Positions 51,659 to 62,461 are shown, numbered from the stretch's first letter. The stretch: DNA of 64,000 nt from an uncultured Actinomycetota bacterium (GCA_963743915.1 CAVURN010000003.1:128001-192000), one strand, 5' to 3'. The notes: a model not told the origin generated them from the sequence alone. Translations and numbers: made by a program.

Positions 51659-54600
51659 TCACAGCGCCAACGGCTCGGCGGGCTGGACGCCGAGCCGTTG
51701 GCGTGCCCCGGCCACCAGCACCTCGACGGTGCGGGGTGCGACGAACAGCGCCCGCGCGACGTCGTCCACGCAGGTGCCGGAGTCGAACAGCTGCAGTGCC
51801 CTCAGCTCCAGCTCTGTCACCGTCTCGCGAGGGGTCGGCGGTCGAGGTGGCGTGACACCGCTGGCGGCGAGCCTCTGCGCAACCTGTTCGCGAAGACCGC
51901 CTGCCCGGCACTCGTCCACGATCTCCAGTGCGCGTTGCAGCGACGTCGCCCGTTCGTCCGCGTCGGACGTCAGCTCGGCGAGCACGAGCAGGGCGCGCAC
52001 CTGCTCCAGTGGCCGAGGCTCGGTCACGGTCACCGAGTGCCGTGCCAGCTCGACGGAGGCGTCGAGCTCCGCGAGTCGTCGCTCGATCGACCCGGTGACC
52101 ACCGGTGCACCCCAGTGCTCGGCCCGCTGCAGCTCGACGCGCAGGATCGCGCGCGCGGCGTCCTTCTCCCCCTGCGCGGCGAGCGCGTCGGCCCGGAGCA
52201 GTCGAGAGGTGTCCCAGCCGGGGTTGTGCATGCCGATGACCTCCGGCAGGAAGGTGTCGATGACGTCCAACGCTCCGGACCGGTCACCTTCGGCGAGCAG
52301 CGACCGCCGCGTGCGCCACGTGCAGCAGCCTGCGTCCCGTCCCGATCCCGGGAGCGGCCAGTGCCCGGTCGAGCAGGTCACGCGCACCGGTGAGGTCGCC
52401 CAGGTCGAGAGCGATGAGGACGAGCACCGCGTCGCAGAGCGGCACACCGATGGCCGCAGACCCCCACTCCTCGGTCTCGTAGCGTGCGCTCAGCACCGCT
52501 TGCTGGGCCTCGCGCAGCTGACCACCGAGCCACAGCGCGACTCCGCGCCACAGGTGCAGACCCACCGTGGACGTGTCGCCTCGCGCCTGAGCGCTCGCCA
52601 TGGCCGCGCCCCAGTGCTCGGCGGTGTCCTCTCCGGCGATGATGAGGGCGATGCCGGCCACCTCGTAGAAGACGTCGGCGGCTCCGGTCTGCCAGGTCGG
52701 GTCGTCGAGGGCGCCCCGGAGCAGGTCGAGCATCCGTTGCCGGTCGGTGCCCCTCAGGCTCAGCTCGAACGCCTGCTCCACCGCGAGCATCCGAGCGCCG
52801 AATCCCGACGGCGTCACGTCCAGCTCGCCCATCCAGCGGTCCGGGGGCAGGTCGTGGATCCACCCGGACACCTTGGCCAACGCGATGAGTGCCTGACGCT
52901 GGTCGACGGCGTCCGCCGGCAGCTCGGTGACGGCCGACAGGGCGAATGAGGTCGCCTCACCCTCGGTGCCCACGAAGACCAGCGCGCTGGTCAGCCACAG
53001 GGCGATCTCGCCCCGCTGCTCGACGTCGGTGCAGAGTGCGTAGGCCCGTTCGAGCGTCTGCCGGGCGAAGACACCGTCACTCGTCCCGCCGAGGACTGCC
53101 GTGCGCACGAGCAGGTCCACGACATCGTCCTCCGGTGGAGGCTCCTCCAGGGCGCGACGCAGGAACGTGGTTGCGGCTTCGAGCGAGCCGCGCGACTCCG
53201 CCTGGTCGGCTGCGCGGAGGAGAAGATCCACCGTCTCGGGTCGTCCCCGCCGCGGGGCCTTCAGCAGATGCACTGCGACCTGCTCAGCAGGGTGACCGGA
53301 GTCGAGCAGCAGCTGTGCAGCGCTCTCGTGCAGGGAAGCCTGCTCCCCCGCGCCCAGTGACTGGTAGACCGCCTCTGCCACCAGAGGGTGCACGAAGCCG
53401 AGGGGGTACTCGTCGGTGAGCAGCTCGGCCCGCGCCAGCGCGGCCACGGCGTCCGCCACGTCCTGCTCGGAGGCGCCGACAAGAGCGGCGACGACGGGCA
53501 GCTCGGCCCGGTCACCGAGGACCGACACGGCTTTGGCCACTGCGCTCGCCTGCCCGGGAAGGCGTCGGAGTCGCAGCGTCACGAGGCTGCCGATCGCCCG
53601 CGAGCCGATGGCGATCACGGTCTCGGCGTGAGCCGCGTCCGGCTTCACCTTCTCCAGCGCGAGCGCTCGGAGCAGCTGGAGAAGCAGGAGGGGATTGCCG
53701 TCGGTCGCCCGGTGGCAGGCGTCGACAAAGGTCGGTGCGGCGTCCTTGCCGAGACGGCCCCGCACGAGCTCCGCCGAGGCCTGCGGCGACAGTCGGCCGG
53801 GACGGATGACGGTCGTATGCGGGTCGCCGGAGATCTCGGCGAGCAGCCGGTCGTCCGCGTGTGGCTCGCCGCTCCGGACGGTGCCCGCCACGACGACGCG
53901 CGAACCGGACAGCCGTTTCAGCACGAAGGTGAGGAACCGGAGGGAGCTCGTGTCGGCCTCGTGAAGGTCGTCGATCGAGAGCAGCACCGGTCGTTCCCCG
54001 GCTGCGGCCGCCACCAGTCGTGACAGACCCTGCAGCTGCCGGTACGAGTCGCCGGCCGTCGCCTCGTCCGCCCGGTCGAAGACGGCCCCGACGGAGGGTC
54101 CGAGCTCGACCAGGAGATGCTCGACCTCGGGCTCGTCGAGCAACGGTTCGAGCATCTGGCGCACCACTCCGAATCCGAACTCGTGCTCCATCGCGCTGCC
54201 CCGCGCCTCGAGCACCAGGAACCCCGCGTCCGCTGCCTGCGTCCGCATCTCGGCGAGGAGCCTGGACTTGCCGATCCCCGCGGGCCCCTCGACGACGACG
54301 AAGGCGCCCTGCCCGGCTGCGGCCCCGTCGAGGCAACCCCGCACCTGGGAGACCTCCGCGTCGCGGTCCACAAGGGGGTCGACCGCGGCCACCACCGCAG
54401 TCGGTCGAGCCATCGCTGGTGGAGGGGGTGGCGGCGGCGCGTCCAGATCGGACGCCTGCGCCAGCACGTCTGCCTCGAGCTGACGCAGGGCGGGGCCGGG
54501 GTCGACGCCGAGCTCGTCGGCGAGCAGCTCCCGTGCCCGACGGAGCGCGGCGAGGGCGTCGGCCTGCCGTGAGGAGCGGTAGAGCGCCAGGGCCAGGAGG

Positions 54601-55202
54601 CGCCAGTACTCCTCGTGCAGCGGGTCGTCGCTGGTGAGCCGCTCCAGCTCCGGGACCAGGACGCGGTGCTCTCCCGCGTCCAGGCGGGCGGCGAGCAGCT
54701 GATCGCGCGCGACCTGACGCAGCCCGTCCAGCCGGGCCGCCTCCGGTCGCGCCCAGTCCTCGTCCGGGTAGTCGACCAGGGCCGGTCCGCGCCAGAGGGC
54801 AAGAGCCTGCTCGAGGTGCGCCACCCGACGAGGCCCGGGAACCGATCCCGCCTCGTCGAGCAGTCGCTCGAAGCGCCACGCGTCCACCGCCTCCGATTCC
54901 GCGTCGAGCCGGTACCCGGTTCCCTGGCGGACGATCACCTGCGACTGCGCGGTCTTGAGCCGCCCGCGCAGACGGCTGATGTGCGAGTGCAGAGTCGAGG
55001 TGGCCGCGGGGGTGGGGCGGTCACCCCAGATCGCGTCCATCAACCGGTCTGCCGGGACAGCGTCCCCCCGGGCCAGCACGAGGAGCGCCAGGACGCTCCG
55101 CGGTTGGAGTCCCCCGAGGTCGATGGGGTCCCCGCCACGCGTCGCCACGACGGGGCCGAGGATGCCGATCTCGAGCCGAGCAGTGTCTGCCGTGACGGAC
55201 AC
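51659..55202 (-). CDS. AfsR/SARP-type regulator (wHTH-BTAD-AAA-TPR-LuxR), frameshift near 52350
   Basis: ILGPV..LALL, VDAWRF, ALALWRGPAL, PLHE, LGVDPGPAL, GPAGIGKS, IDDLH, TDGNP; C-terminal VARALFVAPRTVE. Confidence 0.9.
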
Positions 55203-55308
55203 CTGGCCTCCTCCGGACAACCGCACCTCGCCGAATGGCGGCAGCCTACGTCTGCACGTCGAGTGCACCAAGGTGTCGAGTGCGGAGCTGATGGACGTCA
55301 CAGCCTGG

Positions 55309-56166
55309 TCAGTTCTGGGGCTGTTCCTCGCAGGAGGTGGCCTGGTCGCCGCTGTCGTAGTGGCAGGTGTCGGTGCCCGCCTGCCCGTCGACCACGTCGG
55401 CCGTGAGGTCCTGGTCATAGGTCTCGAGGGAGTCCCAGCCGGCACCGCCGCGCACCACGTCGGTGTCGTTGCCGACAGTGTCGAGGATCTGGTCGCTCCC
55501 GGCCCCACCGATGAGTCTGTCGTCGCCACCGACGAAGTCCCCGACGTAGAGGCTGGGACGGAAAGGGTCACCCGTGCCGCGCCCCCCGGCGCCCGAGAAC
55601 ACGTCGTCACCCATCGCTCCCTCGAAGGCGACCTGCTCGACGCTCCTCAGCCGCACATCGGCGTCCACGCCCGTGGTCTCGGTCGGGTTCAGGTTGAGCA
55701 GATGATCGCCCTGCTTGGTGCCGGCGCGGACGGTGCTGCCGGCGTCGTAGGCACGGATCTCGAAGTAGTCCGATCCTTCACCGAGAGCGACGTCGAACTC
55801 GATCTCGTCCGAGCCTCCTGGCTCCGCACCTCGTCCAGGAGTGAACGGTCCGCCGTCGAAGTCGATGACGACCGCCTGCTCGGACGACCCACCGCGGACG
55901 ACGACCTTCGAGATGTTGGACAGGTCGGCAACCTTTCCGCCGGGGGACGTGCACAGGTCCGCATTGACGAGGAGCTCCTCGTCCATCGAACGCTCGAAGG
56001 CCACAGAGGCCTCGATGCCCTTGACGTCGACACGGACGACGCCGGTGTCGGCGGCGTATGAGCACGTGACGACGGAGGCAGCGTCGGCTGTGCCGACGAG
56101 GATGGGGAGGGTGAGCAGCGACGCGGCCACCAGGGCAGTCCGGCGCCGAAGGGTGGACATGTTCAT
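55309..56166 (-). CDS. Secreted protein with RTX/hemolysin-type Ca-binding repeats
   Basis: Signal peptide ending ADA; GGDDRLIGGAGSDQI, GGAGWD, GQAGTD. Confidence 0.8.
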   Translation of the reverse strand: MNMSTLRRRTALVAASLLTLPILVGTADAASVVTCSYAADTGVVRVDVKGIEASVAFERSMDEELLVNADLCTSPGGKVADLSNISKVVVRGGSSEQAVVIDFDGGPFTPGRGAEPGGSDEIEFDVALGEGSDYFEIRAYDAGSTVRAGTKQGDHLLNLNPTETTGVDADVRLRSVEQVAFEGAMGDDVFSGAGGRGTGDPFRPSLYVGDFVGGDDRLIGGAGSDQILDTVGNDTDVVRGGAGWDSLETYDQDLTADVVDGQAGTDTCHYDSGDQATSCEEQPQN

Positions 56167-56196
56167 CAGGGTTCCTCTGTCTCGAAGGTCAGGAGC

Positions 56197-56469
56197 TCAG
56201 GCGGAGATCGCCACGGCCGCGTGGGACTGCTGATCCGTGACGGCAGCCACTCGGCGGATCAGCCGCGCGACCGCTCGCTCACGTACCGCCTCGGGCGCGG
56301 ACGGGTCGAGCGCGACCTGGCAGAGCACCGGCGAGATGCCCAGGCCTCGGGCCGAGCGGACCAACGCGCGCACCTGCGTCAGGTGTGCTGCCAGGCCGTG
56401 CTCGTCGATCGCGCGGCCCAGGTCGGCCAGGTCGTGGGAGCCGGGGAGGGTGAGGGTGGTCGTGATCAT
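56197..56469 (-). CDS. Small hypothetical protein
   Basis: AAGGA RBS; ARGLGISPVL..VALDPSAPEAVRERA. Confidence 0.7.
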   Translation of the reverse strand: MITTTLTLPGSHDLADLGRAIDEHGLAAHLTQVRALVRSARGLGISPVLCQVALDPSAPEAVRERAVARLIRRVAAVTDQQSHAAVAISA

Positions 56470-56528
56470 GGAAGGGTCCTTTCGGGAGTTGCTGACCCCA
56501 TGAGTCAAGGGCCGATCCTCGGGCCGGG

Positions 56529-56549
56529 ATTGAGTAGTCGATGCTCAAT
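56529..56549. promoter_or_regulatory. Palindromic operator in the luxR divergent region
   Basis: ATTGAGTA-GTCGA-TGCTCAAT, with an extra half-site TTGAGTA at 56567. Confidence 0.65.
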
Positions 56550-56640
56550 TCCCGCCCGCGCCGCCCTTGAGTACCTCCCGAACCCCCGCATGAAGGGCGC
56601 GCTGGGTGCGAGAGTGGGGCGCACGGCGGCGGGAGGTGAC

Positions 56641-59274
56641 GTGGCGGCACGCTCGGCGGACGACTGGCCCCTCACGGGTCGGGACGCGGTGGTCGACGCG
56701 GCGTGGGCTGCCCTCACGACGGGTCCGGCCGTCGTGCTCGCCGGAGAGGCCGGCATCGGCAAGTCCCGCGTGGCCGCCGCGTTGAGCGAACGGGCCCAGA
56801 CGGCGGGATGGGTCGTGCGACGCGCGACCGCGTCCACCTCGGCCTCGACGATCCCGTTCGGAGCGCTCGCCGCGCTGCTGCCCCGCGTTGCCGGTGACGG
56901 GGGCCCCTTGGCCTTGCTGCAGGAGGCGCAGGAGTCACTGACGACGATTGCAGGCGATGCGCCGTTGCTGCTGTGGCTCGATGACGCCCACCTGCTCGAT
57001 GCCGGGTCAGCCTCCTTGGTCCTGCAGCTCGCGGACGCGGGGACCGCACGGCTGCTCGCCACCGTGCGCAGTGGTGAGGCGGCGCCCGATGCCGTCGAAC
57101 AGCTGTGGCGGGACGACCGCGGCAGGCGTCTTGACCTCGAAACCCTGGACGCGCGCGACACCGAGCGCCTGCTCGAGGCCGCCCTGGGGCCGCCGGTCGC
57201 CGCCGGTACCGCGCACCGCCTCTGGCGTCGCTCGGGGGGCAACCCACTCATGCTCCGCGAGCTCGTGCGTGCCTGCCTGCACTCGGAGACCCTCACGGAC
57301 GCCTCCGGAGCCTGGCTGCTGGACGACAGCGACGTCGAGTCCCCGGCTCTGACCGATCTCGTCGCGCGTCGGATCGGGACGCTCGATCCGGCGTCCCAGC
57401 AGGCGGTCGAGATGCTGGCACTCTCCGACGTCCTCTCGGTCCCCCTGCTGCAGGAACTGGTGCCGGACGCCGACCTCGTGGGGCTCGAGGAGCGGGCGCT
57501 GGTCGACATCGACCAGGACGGGCAGCGGGTGGAGGCACGCCTCGCCCATCCGCTCTACGGCGAGGTCATTCGGCGGGGACTGTCGACTCTCCGACGCCGG
57601 CGCGACCACGGCCGTCTCATCGACGCACTGGTGGCGACCGGCACACGTCGACGCGAGGACCCGCTCAGGATCGGCTCCTGGTCCCTCGACAGCGACCACA
57701 GTCCCGACGCAAGTCTGCTGGCGGACGCCGCCAAGCAGGCGTTGGCGCGCTTCGACCTCGCGCTCGGCGAACGCCTGGCTCAGGCAGCGGTCGACACCGG
57801 TGGTGGCGTTCCCGCACTGGTGACCCTCGGGGACATCACCTGGCGGCGGGGTCGCTACGAGGATGCCATCGGCGTCCTCGAGCGTGCTGCCGAGCTCGCG
57901 GTGTCCGAGGACGAGATCGCCGACGTCGCCAACAGCCGCTCGTACGTGCTCGAGCTCGCAGGGCGACCCGGAGATGCCTGGCAGGTCCTGGTGGAGGCAG
58001 CCGACCGCGTCGGTCCCGATCGGCACGACCTGCTCGACTCCCAGGCGGCGATCCTCAGCCTGCTTGCCGGGCGCTCCCGCGAGGCGCAGGAGGCCGTTGC
58101 CCGCGTGCTGGCGGCGCACGAGGGTGACCGAGACTCGCTGGAGCTGCTCGTCAGGTTCCGCGTCGACTACGCGGAGGTCTTCGCCCTCGCCATGCTCGGG
58201 CGGTTCGACGACGCGACCCGGATCGCCACCGACGCGTCCACCTTCATCGCTGACCATCCCGAGGCACACATGCCCCCCGAACTCGCCCTGCTCGGGCGCG
58301 TTCTCGCCGACACGTGGTCCGGTCACCTCGACCGGGCACAGGCGGACGCGGTCCTCATCGAGCAGGCAGCCCTCGCACTGGGAGACCGTGATGCGGAATG
58401 GACCGCGGCGCTGTACCGGGGTCGGGTCGCTCTCGCGCGTGGCGAGCTTCCCGATGCGCTCCAGCACTTCGAGCGCGCGACGGCCCTCGCGCGCGAGCTC
58501 GGTGACCCCGCGGGCATCCGATGGACCGTGGGGGGTCAGGCACTCTGCCTGAGCATGCTGGGCCGGGTCGACGACTGCGCCCCAGTGGGCGAGGAGCTGG
58601 CGACGCTGCCGGCTCCCGGCGGTCTGTTCGACATCGACCTGCTGCATCGCGGGCGGGCCTGGGCGCACGTCTGCGCGGGAGGGCTCTCGACCGCGCGCGA
58701 GATCTTGCGTGAGGCGGCGCACGACGCGTCTGCCTTGGGCCAGCCGTCCGTGGAGGTGATCGTCCGGCATGACCTCGTCCGGCTCGGGGACGGCGACCAG
58801 GAGGCAGCCCTCGCTGCGCTGGCCGAGGAGTGCAACGGCCCGTGGCCGACGGCCGCGGCCGCGCACGCGGCCGCACGTCGATCGGGAAGCGGTGACGAGC
58901 TCATGGGTGCGGCGCAGCTGCTGGCTGCCTGCGGTGCCCGGCTGGACGCCGCCGAGTGCGCCACTGCGGCGGCCGAGGCCCACCGACGTTCCGGGCGACC
59001 TCGGGACGCAACCGCCGCGCTACGGGCCGCGGCCACCTGGCTGGAGGTCGCCCCCGGAGCGCGGACGCCCGCGTTGGTGGCGACACCCGACGCGACGCCG
59101 CTGACCAACCGCGAGCGTGAGATCGCGGCACTCGCCGCCCAGCAGATGTCGGCCGCTGACATCGCCGCGCAGCTGCACCTGTCCCGGCGCACCGTCGAGA
59201 ACCATCTGCAGCGCATCTACACCAAGCTCGGGATCGGCAGCCGCGCCGAGCTGGCTGACGCCCTGGACCGCTGA
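56641..59274 (+). CDS. Large ATP-binding LuxR (LAL) regulator
   Basis: WPLTGR, GEAGIGKS, LDDAHLLD, SGGNPL, LAHPL; LTNREREIA..LSRRTVENHLQRIYTKLG. Confidence 0.93.
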   Translation: MAARSADDWPLTGRDAVVDAAWAALTTGPAVVLAGEAGIGKSRVAAALSERAQTAGWVVRRATASTSASTIPFGALAALLPRVAGDGGPLALLQEAQESLTTIAGDAPLLLWLDDAHLLDAGSASLVLQLADAGTARLLATVRSGEAAPDAVEQLWRDDRGRRLDLETLDARDTERLLEAALGPPVAAGTAHRLWRRSGGNPLMLRELVRACLHSETLTDASGAWLLDDSDVESPALTDLVARRIGTLDPASQQAVEMLALSDVLSVPLLQELVPDADLVGLEERALVDIDQDGQRVEARLAHPLYGEVIRRGLSTLRRRRDHGRLIDALVATGTRRREDPLRIGSWSLDSDHSPDASLLADAAKQALARFDLALGERLAQAAVDTGGGVPALVTLGDITWRRGRYEDAIGVLERAAELAVSEDEIADVANSRSYVLELAGRPGDAWQVLVEAADRVGPDRHDLLDSQAAILSLLAGRSREAQEAVARVLAAHEGDRDSLELLVRFRVDYAEVFALAMLGRFDDATRIATDASTFIADHPEAHMPPELALLGRVLADTWSGHLDRAQADAVLIEQAALALGDRDAEWTAALYRGRVALARGELPDALQHFERATALARELGDPAGIRWTVGGQALCLSMLGRVDDCAPVGEELATLPAPGGLFDIDLLHRGRAWAHVCAGGLSTAREILREAAHDASALGQPSVEVIVRHDLVRLGDGDQEAALAALAEECNGPWPTAAAAHAAARRSGSGDELMGAAQLLAACGARLDAAECATAAAEAHRRSGRPRDATAALRAAATWLEVAPGARTPALVATPDATPLTNREREIAALAAQQMSAADIAAQLHLSRRTVENHLQRIYTKLGIGSRAELADALDR

Positions 59275-59338
59275 CCGATCCCCCTGCGCCGAGGTCACTA
59301 CAGTTGTGGTCTCGCCGGACTCACCTCGAGGACTGACC

Positions 59339-60220
59339 ATGAACCGCGTCACTGCTCTGCTCGATGGCCGCACCCCTGTCGTCTTCGACGGCGCCATGGG
59401 CACGTTCCTTCAGGAGCGTGGGCTCAGCGGAGGTGACGCGGGCGAGCTCTGGAATGTCGACAACCCGGATGCCGTGCGCCAGATCCACGAGGACTACGCA
59501 GCGGCCGGGGCCACCATCCTGACGACGAACACGTTCGGTGGCACCCGCCCCCGCCTCGACATGCACGGCCTCGGTGACCGCGTTCACGAGCTGAACCGAG
59601 CCGCTGCCGCGATCGCCTCCGACGTCGCCCAGCGCCATGGTCTGCTCGTCGCCGGTGATCTGGGTCCCACAGGTGAGCTCTTCGAGCCGATGGGGGCGCT
59701 GACCGAGGACGAGGCCCAGGCCTTCTTCGCCGAGCAGCTGCAGGGACTGGTCGCCGGTGGGATCGACCTGGTGCTGATCGAGACCCTCAGCGACCTCTCC
59801 GAGGTGCGCGCAGCGATCGCCGCCGCCAAGAACGTGTGCCCCGACAAGCCGGTGGTCGTCACGATGAGCTTCGACACCAACCTGCACACGATGATGGGCG
59901 TCTCCCCCGAGTCAGCGGTGCGGGCGATGGCCGACGCCGGCGCGGACGCCGTGGGCGCGAACTGCGGACGTGGGCCACAGGAGATGGAGGCCATCATGGC
60001 CAAGATGGCCGAGGCCCGACCGGACGGCGTCCTGCTCGTCGCGCAGTCGAACGCCGGCCTGCCTCACCTGGTCGGGGACCACTTCGAGTACGACTGCCCG
60101 CCGGAGGAGATGGCCAAGCACGCGCTCTCCCTGCGCGACCTCGGCGTCGAGCTGATCGGTGCCTGTTGCGGCTCGAGCCCGGAGCACATCGCTCAGATGC
60201 ACTCGGCACTGGCGCAGTAA
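59339..60220 (+). CDS. Stand-alone homocysteine S-methyltransferase domain protein
   Basis: FDGAMGT, TNTFG, AGDLGPTG, IET, GANC, SNAGLP, IGACCGSSPEHI. Confidence 0.92.
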   Translation: MNRVTALLDGRTPVVFDGAMGTFLQERGLSGGDAGELWNVDNPDAVRQIHEDYAAAGATILTTNTFGGTRPRLDMHGLGDRVHELNRAAAAIASDVAQRHGLLVAGDLGPTGELFEPMGALTEDEAQAFFAEQLQGLVAGGIDLVLIETLSDLSEVRAAIAAAKNVCPDKPVVVTMSFDTNLHTMMGVSPESAVRAMADAGADAVGANCGRGPQEMEAIMAKMAEARPDGVLLVAQSNAGLPHLVGDHFEYDCPPEEMAKHALSLRDLGVELIGACCGSSPEHIAQMHSALAQ

Positions 60221-60225
60221 CCACC

Positions 60226-60239
60226 GGGCCCATCGCCCC
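60226..60239. promoter_or_regulatory. Possible DosR/OsdR-like box
   Basis: GGGCCCATCGCCCC(T); TAGTGT -10 element about 24 nt downstream; precedes the flavodoxin gene. Confidence 0.4.
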
Positions 60240-60296
60240 TGCCCGAGACCCGGGTTGCGTTCCTAGTGTTACTCGAAGAGAGCACTGGAGGTACCC

Positions 60297-60797
60297 ATGC
60301 GTAAAGCACTGGTCGTCTACGAATCCATGTTCGGCAACACCCACGCGGTGGCCGACGCCGTCGCCGAAGGTCTGCGCCAGTCACTTGACGTCGAAGTCCT
60401 CGAGGTCGAGAAGGCTCCACTGCAGGTGGCCGACGACGTCGACCTGGTCGTGGTCGGCGGACCCACGCATGCGTTCAGCATGAGCCGACCCTCGACCCGG
60501 CAGTCCGCCGGCGAACAGGGCGCCGACCCCGAAGCCGCGTCACACTCCGGCATCCGCGAATGGATCTCCGGGGTCGCGGCCCCCAAGGGGCTGGCGACCG
60601 CCGCCTTCGACACCCGGATCGCCAAGCCGCACCTTCCCGGCTCGGCCGCCAAGAGCGCCGAGCGCAAGCTGAAGCGTCGCGGCTTCACCGAGCTCGCGCA
60701 CCCGGAGAGCTTCTACGTCACGGACACCAGCGGCGGACTGGTCGAGGGAGAGCTGGAGCGCGCACAGGCTTGGGGTGCCGAGCTGGCGCACCACTGA
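60297..60797 (+). CDS. Flavodoxin-family protein
   Basis: VVYESMFGNT, VVGGPTH, AAFDTR, GELERA..WG. Confidence 0.92.
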   Translation: MRKALVVYESMFGNTHAVADAVAEGLRQSLDVEVLEVEKAPLQVADDVDLVVVGGPTHAFSMSRPSTRQSAGEQGADPEAASHSGIREWISGVAAPKGLATAAFDTRIAKPHLPGSAAKSAERKLKRRGFTELAHPESFYVTDTSGGLVEGELERAQAWGAELAHH

Positions 60798-60808
60798 GCC
60801 CGGACGCG

Positions 60809-61147
60809 TCAGCCGTCGGTGACCACGAGCACCAGGACGAATCGGCAGGGCGTCTCGGCCACCAACGCGTGGCGGGCGTCCGGGGCGAGGTACACGACGT
60901 CACCGCCGGCGAGCCGTTGCTCGTCGCCGTCCACGGTGAAGCGCAGTGTCCCCTCGACCATCTGCACCACCACTGCACGGGGTGAGGAGTGGTCGGTCAG
61001 CTCCTGCCCGGCGTCCATCGCGAAGGCAACGACGCGCAGCAGGGCGTTGTTGACCACCACGCGTGAGGTGGTCGCCGACGAAGAGATGGGCAGCGCTGTC
61101 GCAAGGTCGGCGCTGACGAGGGACTCGGTGATCGCGGTGGTCGTCAT
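60809..61147 (-). CDS. Cupin-domain protein
   Basis: VVAFAMDAGQELTDHSS..VEG..F..HAL. Confidence 0.88.
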   Translation of the reverse strand: MTTTAITESLVSADLATALPISSSATTSRVVVNNALLRVVAFAMDAGQELTDHSSPRAVVVQMVEGTLRFTVDGDEQRLAGGDVVYLAPDARHALVAETPCRFVLVLVVTDG

Positions 61148-61219
61148 ACGTTGATCCAACGGCCCAGCCGGTGGGACGTCAACGTCGGGGTCACGTCCTC
61201 GGTGCGGAACGATGGCTCC

Positions 61220-62461
61220 ATGACGCAGCGAGTGGCCGTGGTCGGTGCCGGCATGGCCGGACTGGCAACGGCCTGGTTCCTGCAGGAGCACGGCATCGCC
61301 GTGACCGTCCTAGAGCGTGAACGGGTCGCTGCAGGGGCGTCCTGGGGCAATGCGGGCTGGCTGATGGCCGGCGACTCCACTCCTCTCCCGCACCCGGACG
61401 TCCTGCGCTACGGCCTGCGCGCCTGGGTCGACCCCTCATCGTCGTTCTCAGTGCCCTGGCGGGCGGACCTCGGTCTCTACCGGTTCCTGCTGCAGTTCGC
61501 GCGGCACTGCACCCGACGGCACTGGGAGGACGGCATGCGGGCGTTCGCCCCGCTGGCCAATGGCGCGCTGGCCGCGTACGACGTGCTCGAACAGGGGGGC
61601 GTCGCTCCTGCCTCACGCAGCACCAACCACCTGGCCTGCTTCACCGATCTCTCGCGCCGCGACGAGTACGCGACGCATCTGGAGCACCTCCAGCACTTCG
61701 GGCTCACCACCGAGTTCGAGGTGCTGGACGCCGGCGCGGCCAGAGACGCGACGCCGATCGCGTCAGCGGCGGTCCGGGGCGCGGTGGCCCTGCGCGGGCA
61801 GCGGTTCCTCGACCCCATGCTCGTCGTGCCCTCCTTGGCCGAGAGCGTCGTCGCCCGCGGCGGTGAGCTGCGGGTGGGAGTAGAGGTGAAAGGCGTTCGG
61901 GCAGGGGCTAGTGGCGTCGACGTGCTGGTCGCCGGTTCTCCCCCTCGCGTCGAGCGGTATGACGCTGTCGTGGTCTGCACCGGTGCCTGGTTGAGCGCGT
62001 TGGTGCAGCGACACGGCGTCCGCGTGCGGGTGCGGGCTGGACGCGGCTACAGCTTCACCGCGCGGCTCGATGTGCCCGTCGCCGACCCTCTCTATCTGCC
62101 GGAGCAGCACGTGGCCTGCACCCCGATGCGCGGGCGGCTGCGGCTTGCCGGGTTGATGGAGTTCCGTCGGCCAGGCGACCCGCTCGACCCTCGCCGAATC
62201 CGCACTCTGATCGAGGCTGCGCGTCCGATGCTCGAGGGCGTCGACCTGGACGACCGCGCTGAGGAGTGGGTGGGGCCGCGTCCCGTGGCGGCCGACGGAT
62301 TGCCGCTCGCCGGACCGACATCCACGCCGGGAGTCTGGTGCGTGGGCGGGCATGCCATGGAGGGCATGGTGCTGGGGCCGGTCACCGCACGGCTGGTGGC
62401 GGAGGGTGTGGCATCCGGTTCGGTGCCCGACGTGCTCAGGCCGTTCGACCCCCGGCGCTGA
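61220..62461 (+). CDS. DadA-like FAD-dependent D-amino acid dehydrogenase
   Basis: VVGAGMAGL, ASWGNAG, TGAW, GRGYS, W.GPRP...DGLP..G, GH...G..LGPVT. Confidence 0.9.
   Translation: MTQRVAVVGAGMAGLATAWFLQEHGIAVTVLERERVAAGASWGNAGWLMAGDSTPLPHPDVLRYGLRAWVDPSSSFSVPWRADLGLYRFLLQFARHCTRRHWEDGMRAFAPLANGALAAYDVLEQGGVAPASRSTNHLACFTDLSRRDEYATHLEHLQHFGLTTEFEVLDAGAARDATPIASAAVRGAVALRGQRFLDPMLVVPSLAESVVARGGELRVGVEVKGVRAGASGVDVLVAGSPPRVERYDAVVVCTGAWLSALVQRHGVRVRVRAGRGYSFTARLDVPVADPLYLPEQHVACTPMRGRLRLAGLMEFRRPGDPLDPRRIRTLIEAARPMLEGVDLDDRAEEWVGPRPVAADGLPLAGPTSTPGVWCVGGHAMEGMVLGPVTARLVAEGVASGSVPDVLRPFDPRR

Noticed and set aside
57007-58983. Long antisense ORFs (also 28194-29987, 46809-48629, 49988-51631, 32521-34269)
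   Set aside because: Shadow ORFs of high-GC genes, with no recognisable domains or start signals.
61173-61187. GGACGTCAACGTCG as a second LiuR box
   Set aside because: It lacks the TT/AA flanks, and the neighbouring genes are unrelated to acyl-CoA catabolism.
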